The notes below the pieces were generated by a model that worked only from the letters and a program-made list of their open reading frames with translations, made no database searches and had not been told where the DNA came from. Positions 1 to 8,192 of a stretch of DNA of 64,000 nt are shown here, piece by piece (the first letter of the stretch is position 1; each line of letters starts with the position of its first letter). Origin of the DNA: Mycobacterium sp. (GTDB lineage: Bacteria > Actinomycetota > Actinomycetes > Mycobacteriales > Mycobacteriaceae). The translations under genes and the position numbers were made by a program. Location of the stretch: contig NZ_DATENY010000070.1 of the NCBI RefSeq assembly GCF_035274705.1, forward strand, positions 1,288-65,287, written 5' to 3'.

Positions 1-960
1 TCCTCGCAGCCGTCTCAGCCGTGTGGGTGCCGCGCGGTTTCTGCGCACCTCGCCGTAAAGCGGATGTGCCACCCGCACCTCCACACCGCCGACGACGGGC
101 TCAAGTGTGATGAGGCCACGAGTGTCCGCCTCCTCCACCGCCGCAGGATCGGTCATGCGCGTCAAGGTCGGCAGTTCGATCGGCTCCCCGATGGCCAGCG
201 CGTCGATGACATCGGCAACAGGCGCGGGTAGGTCCCCGATGCGGGATTCGATCAGCTCAACCAGACCAGGCGCCACAATCGGATCATCGATCCACCGCCA
301 GAACCCCTGCTGCTCTACGAGCCGGCCATCGGCCACCTCCTGCTCGACGATATTGCGCAGATACAAAGCGTTACCGCGAGTCAGCGTCCAAAGCCGCTGA
401 GCGGCATCCCGATCCACCGATGCGCCCAAGGTGGCCGACAACAGCGTGGTGGTTTCATCGAGCGACAGGGGCGCAAGATCGAGCCGCTCGAACTCGCCTC
501 CCCGCCAAATTGCCTGTACCGCAGCGGGAATAGCCTCGCCGTCGCGCACGGTGAGCACACTCTTCGCGGCGCCACGCTGCACAATCTGCTCCACAACGAA
601 TGTCGACAGATCATCGAGCAGGTGCACGTCATCGACAGCGACCACCACCGGGGCGCCTGCGGGTGCGGCCGTCAGCGACTCGATAACCCCGTGGACCAAC
701 TGAACGGTGTCGGTGACACCCGACTGTGCCCACGCGGTGAAAGCGCCCAGCGGAACCGCCCGCGCGGCGGTTGTGCCGACCGCCCAACGGCTTTCGTATC
801 CCCGAGACGCGGCGGCCGACAATGCCTCACGGGCGATTCGGCTCTTTCCAACACCTGCTGCGCCACAGATCACGATTCCGGATGCGTCGGAAGCCAAGAT
901 GGCGGCCTCGATAGCACGCATCTCTTCCGACCGCCCGGTCAGTGGCCATGACAACCGCAT
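1..960 (-). CDS. LuxR/LAL-type large ATP-binding transcriptional regulator, N-terminal ~320 aa only (the rest lies beyond the window start)
   Basis: Absent from the ORF track because it has no stop in the window. Hand translation of the minus strand from ATG at 960 gives MRLSWPLTGRSEEMRAIEAAILASDASGIVICGAAGVGKSRIAREAL..., with Walker A GAAGVGKS and Walker B-like VVVAVDDVHLLD. This is a typical N-terminus of actinobacterial LAL regulators. The start lies 2 nt after the FHA gene stop. Confidence 0.7.
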   Translation of the reverse strand, partial: MRLSWPLTGRSEEMRAIEAAILASDASGIVICGAAGVGKSRIAREALSAAASRGYESRWAVGTTAARAVPLGAFTAWAQSGVTDTVQLVHGVIESLTAAPAGAPVVVAVDDVHLLDDLSTFVVEQIVQRGAAKSVLTVRDGEAIPAAVQAIWRGGEFERLDLAPLSLDETTTLLSATLGASVDRDAAQRLWTLTRGNALYLRNIVEQEVADGRLVEQQGFWRWIDDPIVAPGLVELIESRIGDLPAPVADVIDALAIGEPIELPTLTRMTDPAAVEEADTRGLITLEPVVGGVEVRVAHPLYGEVRRNRAAPTRLRRLRG

Positions 961-962
961 CC

Positions 963-1586
963 TCACGGGCCTTGCACGATCGTGATCGTCGTCCACGCGC
1001 CGACGTGTATGCGGTCGCCGTCGTTCAGCGGCGTTTCTTCGCCGTTCGGCAGGAATTGTTCGCTGTCGTTGAGGGTGGTCCCGTTGGTCGATCCGAGATC
1101 GGTGACGGTAAGACCGGAATCGCGGATCCGCACCACCGCGTGTTGTGTCGACACACCGCGGTCCACCGGATGGATGCCGAGATCGATCTCGGGTTCCACG
1201 CCCTGGTCGTGATGGTGCCTTCCGATCACGATGGTGTTTTTGTCCAGTCGGATTCGGCGTTCCGGGAAGTACTTCGGAAAGTCGACTGTGTCGGGGCCGC
1301 CGCGGGCGAGCACGCGTTGATAGAACTCTCGATCGGCTGCGACGACTGCGGTCCATCCGACCCCCGCTGCGGCCGGTTTCGCGGGCGGTGCCGGTTCGGG
1401 CAGGGCCGAGTCGTGTCCGCACGCTTCGCAAAAGCGGCCGCTCATGGGCGCTTCGCACGCGGGGCATTCCTTCACTTCTGGCGCAGGCGCCTGCGCGGGT
1501 TGGGCCGCCGATGGTGCGATCGGGGCCCCGCACACGTCGCAGTAGTCCTCGGCTGTCGAGAGGTGCCCTTCGACGCACGTTGGCAT
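963..1586 (-). CDS. FHA-domain protein with N-terminal double zinc ribbon
   Basis: ORF 963..1586. Cys pairs CVEGH..YCDVCG and CPACEAPMSGRFCEACG. C-terminal FHA signature IVIGRHHH...VSTQHAVVRI...DLGSTNGTTLN. The start shares 1 nt with the vWA stop (TGATG). Confidence 0.85.
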   Translation of the reverse strand: MPTCVEGHLSTAEDYCDVCGAPIAPSAAQPAQAPAPEVKECPACEAPMSGRFCEACGHDSALPEPAPPAKPAAAGVGWTAVVAADREFYQRVLARGGPDTVDFPKYFPERRIRLDKNTIVIGRHHHDQGVEPEIDLGIHPVDRGVSTQHAVVRIRDSGLTVTDLGSTNGTTLNDSEQFLPNGEETPLNDGDRIHVGAWTTITIVQGP

Positions 1587-2875
1587 CAGGTCTCCTTCCG
1601 CACTCGCGCGGTTCTGGTCGATCGCGCGTCGAGGGCCATCTCGTCGGCGGCCGCGACGTCGCGTCGCAGCTGAACCGTGCCGGTACGCTCGTCGACCTCG
1701 ACCACGCCTTTGAGGAGTTTGGCCGTTCCGTCATTGCCCGATTCCAGGGCGAGTTCCAGCGCGCGCCGCAACTTGGCGGTCGCGGTCTTCACGTCCCCGG
1801 CCTTGCGTGCGCTCAACCCTTCCTGGACCGCTTGGGCCAGCTCGGCCTGGCCGGTGTAGTGCGCCACCCGGCGGCTGATCTGCGCAGACAACGCCGTGTC
1901 GGCGGTCCACACCGCCTTCACCAACCCCTCGCCCAGAACCTGGTCACCCGCAACGACACTCACCCGCGCGGCGAGCTTCTCGCGTCCGACCGCTGCGGGT
2001 TCGATCTCGACTTGAATGTGGTAATCGCGGTCTTCGGCGCCCCAGGAGCCCAGCGGGTATTCCCCGATCTGATTTCCCGACTCGACACGACGGTGGGACA
2101 GGTCTTCGACGGTCGGCGCGACTTGTTTGACGAACACGACGCGGGCGCCCGCCGGTGTCCACAGGCGCAAGGTCACGTCGGCGATCGACTTGCCCATCGA
2201 CGTGCGCATCATCGCCGCGAAATCCTCTGCGAGATCGGCGGGATCGGCGACGATGTCTACGGTGCCCAATAGCGCCGACGAGATGGCGCGCAGCTCCTCG
2301 ACGTGCCAGTCGGTTCCCACTCCTCGGCAGTCACAGGTGAATTCACCTTCGCTGAGCCCGATTTCCTCTCCCAACTCTTCGGGAGTTTCGTGCTCGTCCT
2401 TACCGTCGGTGAGCAGGATTGCGTGGATCAGGGCTCCCGGGTGCGCCACCACGATTCCGCGGACGTGCGCGAGCCAAGTGCCCATCGCGGTTCCGCCGTG
2501 CGGCCGCAGCCCGTCGACGGCGCGCTTCGCCGCCGCCTTGGTCGACGCGCTCGCCGGCGTCGGCCATCCGTCTTCTGGGTAGACGGCGGCAGCCTTTTCG
2601 GTGCCGGCGACGATCGTGAAATATGTGCCGTCGACGAGTTCGTCGATGGCGGCCGCGGTTGCATGCTTTGCCGCATCGAACTTTTCAATCGGCGCCTGCA
2701 TCGACGTCGAGCAATCGATGATGATGGCCTCGACCCGGTCCGTCGGTGTGGCCGCCGCGGCGACGTCGTTTTCTGCGGTGATGCTGACGATCGCGTCGAC
2801 CGTCCCGGCGCCCTCGGCGAGATACGGATTGTGGTCGAGATCAACAGAAATGGCCTGCTGTTCAGCCGAATTCAT
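1586..2875 (-). CDS. von Willebrand factor A (vWA, TerY-like) domain protein with C-terminal extension
   Basis: ORF 1586..2875, 429 aa. MIDAS motif DxSxS in IIIDCSTSMQ, then LLTDGKDE. Overlaps the PP2C gene end by 14 nt. Confidence 0.85.
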   Translation of the reverse strand: MNSAEQQAISVDLDHNPYLAEGAGTVDAIVSITAENDVAAAATPTDRVEAIIIDCSTSMQAPIEKFDAAKHATAAAIDELVDGTYFTIVAGTEKAAAVYPEDGWPTPASASTKAAAKRAVDGLRPHGGTAMGTWLAHVRGIVVAHPGALIHAILLTDGKDEHETPEELGEEIGLSEGEFTCDCRGVGTDWHVEELRAISSALLGTVDIVADPADLAEDFAAMMRTSMGKSIADVTLRLWTPAGARVVFVKQVAPTVEDLSHRRVESGNQIGEYPLGSWGAEDRDYHIQVEIEPAAVGREKLAARVSVVAGDQVLGEGLVKAVWTADTALSAQISRRVAHYTGQAELAQAVQEGLSARKAGDVKTATAKLRRALELALESGNDGTAKLLKGVVEVDERTGTVQLRRDVAAADEMALDARSTRTARVRKET

Positions 2876-3887
2876 GGAGATCTCCGATCGGGACTATCGC
2901 GACGGTGATGTTGTCTTGGCCGCCGGCCCGTATCGCATGCTCGACGAGCGCACGCGATGCCGCGGTCGTGTCGAGACCCCTGCAGAGTTGTGCGATATCG
3001 GCAGCGTCGGGCAGGTAGTTCCAGAGGCCGTCACTGCATACCAACAGCCAACCCCGGCTATCCGGCGTGATCGTTTGCACGCTCGATTCCGCCCACGGCT
3101 TCGCGTCGCTGTCAGCGCCGAGCCAACGCGTCAACGTGTGTGCGCCACGTTGCACGGCTTCAGAGTCAGCCGCGGCGCCGGCGGTGATCAACTCCTGAGC
3201 CAGGGAATCGTCGACGGTCAGCTGTTGTGGCGGCGCGGGCGGTGCGGGAAGCCAATATGCCCTACTGTCACCAACATTGCCGACCGTGATCTGCACCTGT
3301 CCGGCGTGGGTAGGGACCACTGCTGCCGCGGTATAGGTACATGACGGCGCGACGGCTGGATCGTTGCCCGCCTTTGCGGTGGCTGCAGCCTTCGCCGCGC
3401 CGGCCAGACCGGCCAACATGGCCGCGCGCCCTTTGCGGGCCGCGGCGAGCGCGGTGAGCATCGAATCCACACCGGCGTTTGCAGCGGCGACCGCGGCCAT
3501 GTGCGCATCATCGGATGTCGACACTCCGTCGCAGACGGCAACGGCGATCGCGTACGGCCGCCCGGTGTCGTTGCTGAGGACGATACCGGCCGCGGCGGCG
3601 TCCTCGTTGCGGGAGTGTTCAAGACCGCGGTCGGTGATCACCACGACGCCGTCGAGAACCGCCTCGTCGCGGTCGGGGTCGGCGCGACGATGGCCGCACA
3701 CCGTGCAGTATCCGTCGGTGTACGTCGCGTTGCCGCAGTCGGAGCACGGCCCCTGTTCCGATCGTTCGGATCGCGGTACGGCGACTCGGCGGACCTCTGC
3801 CAACGGCGCACCGCAGTTCTCACAGAACCGGTCGGTGCCCTCCACCACGCCTGCGCATTGAGGGCATGCCGTCTGCTGGTCGGTCAT
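2862..3887 (-). CDS. PP2C-family Ser/Thr phosphatase with N-terminal double zinc ribbon
   Basis: ORF 2862..3944. I moved the start to the internal ATG at 3887 (MTDQQTACPQC...), which gives an ATGA overlap with the kinase stop. Ribbons CPQCAGVVEGTDRFCENCG and CSDCGNATYTDGYCTVCG. PP2C motifs VCDGVSTS, GDSRAY, CSDGLW, GGQDNITV. Confidence 0.85.
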   Translation of the reverse strand: MTDQQTACPQCAGVVEGTDRFCENCGAPLAEVRRVAVPRSERSEQGPCSDCGNATYTDGYCTVCGHRRADPDRDEAVLDGVVVITDRGLEHSRNEDAAAAGIVLSNDTGRPYAIAVAVCDGVSTSDDAHMAAVAAANAGVDSMLTALAAARKGRAAMLAGLAGAAKAAATAKAGNDPAVAPSCTYTAAAVVPTHAGQVQITVGNVGDSRAYWLPAPPAPPQQLTVDDSLAQELITAGAAADSEAVQRGAHTLTRWLGADSDAKPWAESSVQTITPDSRGWLLVCSDGLWNYLPDAADIAQLCRGLDTTAASRALVEHAIRAGGQDNITVAIVPIGDLHEFG

Positions 3888-6085
3888 AGCCGCGTCCTCG
3901 GCCGGATCGCATTTGCGTTCTCCACCAACGCGATGCGCTCCCACATGTCGGTCACCTCGTGCGCCAGGTCTCGGTAGCAGCGCTCCATTCCGGTCCGCAC
4001 GCCGGGCTCGTCGAAGGAGACCCCGAGCAGCCGCGTGGCCTTGGGCTTGTTCCCCGCCCGCAGCCAGCTCAACGCGGCGCCGAGCACCATCAGCTGAATC
4101 CTCGCCCGTTTTCTAGCCGATTCCAGCGTCAGTGCTGTGGCGCGCTTGCCGGCATCGAGCAGCGTCTGCTCGTCCAGGTCCTCGGGGGGCCGGCCGTCGA
4201 GCAGGATCTCGATCGCCGTCGTCGCCGCAGCGGTGAAATGAGCCGACGCGGTGGGGACCTCGTCAAGGGCCGCGATCGCGCCGGGCCGGTCTCCCGCTCG
4301 CGCGCGCTGCCGGGCGAGCCCGAATGCGGCGCTGACGTAGTTGTGGTCTGTGCGCCAGACTGTCTCGTAATAGCGCGTTGCGGCCGTCCGCTCGTCGCGC
4401 ATTTCGGCGGTGGCGGCGATCGCCAGCTTCGGGGGGAGCTCGCCGGGTAACACGGACAGCACCGCATCGAAATCGGTTGCTGCCTTGTCGAATTCGCCTT
4501 CGAGAAGCGCGCACTGTCCGCCGTACCAATTCAGCCGCCAGTCTCCGGACATCACCGCATTCAAATCGGCAAGCCGCTTACGGGCGTCTTTGGGAGCACC
4601 GATCTCGAGCGACGCGCGGACCAGTCGCAGCGGGACCTCGACGGACGAACTGTGGCCTCGGAGCTCACCGCCCCCGGCCCGATAGAGCACGTGTTCGAGT
4701 TGAGCGATCGGCGTGCCGCTCGTGGTCGCCAGCACCGCCGCACCGGGATCTTCGGAATTGACCACGGGCACAGGCAGTGCCGCGATCACATCGGCAGGAT
4801 CCGACGGTACGTCCCGACCTGTGCAATAGACCGCGCGCTGCGGGCTGAAGTAGGTCGAAAACCGGGGTCGTTCGGTGTCACCGTCGGCCGCCGCGAGCTC
4901 GTGCAGCACGCCGGTCAGTTGGTCGGCCATCTCCGCCATGGACGAGAATCGCCGCTCCGGTTCGTAGTCGGTGGCGCGCACGATCGCGCGGTACAACGAT
5001 TCATGCTCCGCCAGTACCGGTACGGTCTCGGGTCCGGGTAGCTGCTCGACGAATCGTCCGTGCTCTTGAGGAACATCCATCACGAGGACGGCGAGCGTCC
5101 GTCCGACCGTGTACACGTCGCTGGCGACGGTCGGGCCGGTGTGGGCGATTTCGGGCGCCTGGTAGCCCACGGTCCCGTAGATCGAGCTTTCCGTATCGTC
5201 CATCGCGATGACCGCGCCCAGGTCGATCAGCTTGAGCTGCTCATCGGCCTGTATCACGTTGTCGGGTTTGAAGTCGCAGTAGGCGAGTCCTTCCGAGTGC
5301 AGGTAATCCAGCGCGGGTGCGATCTCGATGATGTAGGCGACGGCCTGGTCCGGGGAGAGGGGACCGTTTCGGGCTTTGCGTATCTGCTTCAGCGACTGTC
5401 CGCCGACATACTCCATGACGATGTAGCCGACGGGGACACCTGCGGAGTCGACATGTTCGACGAAGTTGTAGATCCGGACGATGTTGGGATGTTCCACTTC
5501 GGCGAGAGCGAGGACTTCAGCAGCCGCCGCGGCCATCGCGTCGGCATCGCTGGAATTGATGAGGCCCTTCAGGACCACCCACCGGTTGTGCACGTTGCGG
5601 TCGATCGCCAGGTAGATCCAGCCGAGGCCACCGTGTGCGATGCAGCCCTGGACTTCGTACTGCCCGCCGACGAGGTCGCCTCGAGAAAGCTTGGGAACGA
5701 ACGAGTATCGCGTTCCGCAATGAGTGCAGAAGCCCTCCCGGCGCCCGCGTTGACCGTCGCTTCCACGCCCGACAGGTTTGTGGCATTCGGAGTTGCCGCA
5801 GAAACGATGACTTTCCGGCACCTGCGGGTCGGTCAGGATCGCGGTGGCTGGATCGACCTTCGGTATCCGCGGTATCTCGACGATTCCCGCGCCGAGTCGG
5901 CCGCGAGAGCTGGCCGAGCTGGATGAGCCGGTGCGGGCCGTTGGCGCCGATCTCGCGGTCGGAGTGCTGGGCGGCGTCGCGGCCGTCGGCTCTTGCGGCG
6001 CAGCAGCGGTGGTGGGCGCGGTCCCGCACACATCGCAGTAGCCGTCGACGATCGTCCCGGCGCAGCCCGGTTCGGCGCAGGTCAT
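3884..6085 (-). CDS. PknG-like Ser/Thr protein kinase (paralog architecture: zinc ribbon, Thr/Pro-rich linker, rubredoxin-like module, kinase, TPR-like C-terminus)
   Basis: 733 aa. Aligns by eye with remembered M. tuberculosis PknG over most of its length: FCGNSECHKPVGR...CTHCGTRYSF, GQYEVQGCIAHGGLGWIYLA, VVLKGL, CDFKPDN, KLIDLGAV, PGELPPKLAIAATAE. It is clearly diverged and has a different N-terminus (MTCAEPGCAGTIVDGYCDVCG). Confidence 0.9.
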   Translation of the reverse strand: MTCAEPGCAGTIVDGYCDVCGTAPTTAAAPQEPTAATPPSTPTARSAPTARTGSSSSASSRGRLGAGIVEIPRIPKVDPATAILTDPQVPESHRFCGNSECHKPVGRGSDGQRGRREGFCTHCGTRYSFVPKLSRGDLVGGQYEVQGCIAHGGLGWIYLAIDRNVHNRWVVLKGLINSSDADAMAAAAAEVLALAEVEHPNIVRIYNFVEHVDSAGVPVGYIVMEYVGGQSLKQIRKARNGPLSPDQAVAYIIEIAPALDYLHSEGLAYCDFKPDNVIQADEQLKLIDLGAVIAMDDTESSIYGTVGYQAPEIAHTGPTVASDVYTVGRTLAVLVMDVPQEHGRFVEQLPGPETVPVLAEHESLYRAIVRATDYEPERRFSSMAEMADQLTGVLHELAAADGDTERPRFSTYFSPQRAVYCTGRDVPSDPADVIAALPVPVVNSEDPGAAVLATTSGTPIAQLEHVLYRAGGGELRGHSSSVEVPLRLVRASLEIGAPKDARKRLADLNAVMSGDWRLNWYGGQCALLEGEFDKAATDFDAVLSVLPGELPPKLAIAATAEMRDERTAATRYYETVWRTDHNYVSAAFGLARQRARAGDRPGAIAALDEVPTASAHFTAAATTAIEILLDGRPPEDLDEQTLLDAGKRATALTLESARKRARIQLMVLGAALSWLRAGNKPKATRLLGVSFDEPGVRTGMERCYRDLAHEVTDMWERIALVENANAIRPRTRL

Positions 6086-7233
6086 GTTGCGTTATCCCGC
6101 TTCTTGACGATCAGCTGCTGGTAGTCCGCGATCGCGCGAGTCACAGCGCGTAGGTCGCACGGCCGTCGCGACAGCAGTCCGGCAGCGATCCGATTGGACG
6201 CCAATAGGTCTGGATCCTCTCCGAGTCCGAGCCGGGCCGCCTTGGCTTGGTACGCCGTCAGCCGTCCCTTGAGTTCGCTTCGGCGGTCGAGCAGGCCCTG
6301 CGCAAGTTCCTCGTCTTCACGCGCAACCTGCAGTGCCGCTTCGATTCGGCGCTGCAGCGACAGCAACGCCGCGGGGTCCGGTGCGGTGATCGATTGAAGC
6401 TCTTCGCGCAGGGGCGACTCGGCGTCGGTGTGCACTGGGATCGGGCCGGCCACCACCGCTTCTTCGGCGTGCGTGCGCGTCTGTGCTGCACGCTGAATTG
6501 CCTCCCGCAGTGCGTCAAGCTGGGACGTGGTCGTGGCGAGGGCAGCGGACCAATTGGCTTTCAGCGCAGCGAGGTCGGCGAATTCACGCGATTGCCGGTC
6601 GATACTGTCCGCAATGATGCGGATGCGCGTCTCGACATCGCTCGTCGTCAAGGAGAGCGGATCGGTTGCGGAAACCGCCAACAGCTCGACTAGCTCCTTC
6701 GGGCCGGCCGTGCCGGCCTCGTCGAGTCGTTGTTGTGACGGGCCGAGTTGTTCCGCGATCAGCGAGTTGATCCCGTCGACCGCGTCGAGGAACTCGATAA
6801 CGGCGGGATAGGTGTCGCGCATCCGCTCGGCTGTGTCGGCGAGACCGACATACTCGACGGCTTCGCCGGGGCCGCTGATTTGACGCTGCCCCAATGGGAT
6901 TCGCTCGCGCGACACCTCCAGCGCACGCTCGCGCAGCAGGCGCGTCAATTCAGCGCGGTCGTCGTCGTCGGGTTTCGAGCGGCGCGCCCGCAACGTCTGC
7001 GCGGATTCCACGATCGACGTCATCCGCGCCAAGTCGTCCCACAGTTGTGCCAGCGATGTCTCTATCACCGCCCACCGCTGTGCGGTTATGCCGATTGGCG
7101 GATAACGACGCACGTGTGCGAGCCCGGGGTGGTTGTCCAGCTCCACCAGCGTCGTCGACATTGACGCGACTTCCTTTTCGCGGGAGGCGAGTTCGCGGTC
7201 GATCTCGTCGGTGGTCAGCACGGCCATGGTCAA
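6082..7233 (-). CDS. hypothetical coiled-coil protein (383 aa), function unknown
   Basis: ORF 6082..7233. Starts at TTG 7233 (TTGA overlap with the upstream stop) or ATG 7227. ATGA overlap with the kinase start. Helical, heptad-like E/R/L/A-rich composition. No motif I recognise. Confidence 0.7.
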   Translation of the reverse strand: MTMAVLTTDEIDRELASREKEVASMSTTLVELDNHPGLAHVRRYPPIGITAQRWAVIETSLAQLWDDLARMTSIVESAQTLRARRSKPDDDDRAELTRLLRERALEVSRERIPLGQRQISGPGEAVEYVGLADTAERMRDTYPAVIEFLDAVDGINSLIAEQLGPSQQRLDEAGTAGPKELVELLAVSATDPLSLTTSDVETRIRIIADSIDRQSREFADLAALKANWSAALATTTSQLDALREAIQRAAQTRTHAEEAVVAGPIPVHTDAESPLREELQSITAPDPAALLSLQRRIEAALQVAREDEELAQGLLDRRSELKGRLTAYQAKAARLGLGEDPDLLASNRIAAGLLSRRPCDLRAVTRAIADYQQLIVKKRDNAT

Positions 7234-8192
7234 TCCTGGTACTTCGCCGTCGGCGGGCCCGGTGATGGTCCCAGGCTTTGCAGGTGGGCGTCATAGAGCC
7301 GCTCCCACGTTCCGTCGTGGCGTATCCGTTCGAGAACTCCATTGACGAATCGGACCAGGTCGTCGTTCTCCTTCTTGACGCCCACACCGTACGGCTCGAC
7401 GCTCATGTCGGGACCGACCACATCGACGGTCGGGTCCTGCTTTTCAAGACCCTTCAGCACTACATCGTCGGTGCTGATTGCGTCGACCTGTCCCTGTTGG
7501 AGCAGGACCAGGCAGTCGGTCCAGGTGCTCACACCGAGCAGCGTCGGTCTGGGGTTCAGCTCATACAACCTCGACAGTGAGGTGGTGCCCGACACCGCAC
7601 ACACCCGCTTGCCCGAAAGCGCGGCGGGAGAATCGATTCCCGAACCCTTTACGGCGAGAATGCGTTGGTGGGCGGTGTAGTAAACCGTGGAGAAGTCCAC
7701 TTTCTGTTTGCGGTCGCAGGTAATTGTGTAGGTACGGACCACGAGGTCGACCAAACCCTTTTGCAAGAAGGATTCCCGTTGGGTCGCATCGACGACCCGG
7801 AATTGGATGCGGTTTGGATCGCCGAAGATGGCGCGGGCGATCTCTCGGGCGAGGTCGATGTCGAAGCCCTCAGGCTGGCCCGAGGCAGGGTTGCGAGAGC
7901 CGAAGAAATACGTGTTCTGGTCGACGCCGACGACAAGTCGACCGCGCTCGGCGATCGCCGCCATCGGCGAACCCTGCGGCATGGCGCCCGGAGATGGCAG
8001 TGGACCGGGGCGCAGGCTGGCCTCCGGATCGCAGTCGGTGCTTACCGGATCCGGGGCGGAGGTGACTGGCTGCGTACCGGACGGCAACACCTCGACCGGC
8101 GTGACCGTCACAGGCGCCGGCGCGGCCGAGGATTCACAACCGGCGACAACGAACACAATTGCCAGCAGCGCCAGCGCAATTCGCGCTCTCAC
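7230..8192 (-). CDS. GlnH-like periplasmic amino-acid (Glu/Gln/Asp)-binding lipoprotein
   Basis: ORF 7230..8477. I trimmed it to GTG at 8192 (VRARIALALLAIVFVVAGCESS, signal peptide plus lipobox VAGC), which gives a GTGA overlap with the upstream stop. Type-2 solute-binding fold sequence (DLAREIARAIFGD..., VDAISTDDVVL). Confidence 0.85.
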   Translation of the reverse strand: MRARIALALLAIVFVVAGCESSAAPAPVTVTPVEVLPSGTQPVTSAPDPVSTDCDPEASLRPGPLPSPGAMPQGSPMAAIAERGRLVVGVDQNTYFFGSRNPASGQPEGFDIDLAREIARAIFGDPNRIQFRVVDATQRESFLQKGLVDLVVRTYTITCDRKQKVDFSTVYYTAHQRILAVKGSGIDSPAALSGKRVCAVSGTTSLSRLYELNPRPTLLGVSTWTDCLVLLQQGQVDAISTDDVVLKGLEKQDPTVDVVGPDMSVEPYGVGVKKENDDLVRFVNGVLERIRHDGTWERLYDAHLQSLGPSPGPPTAKYQD

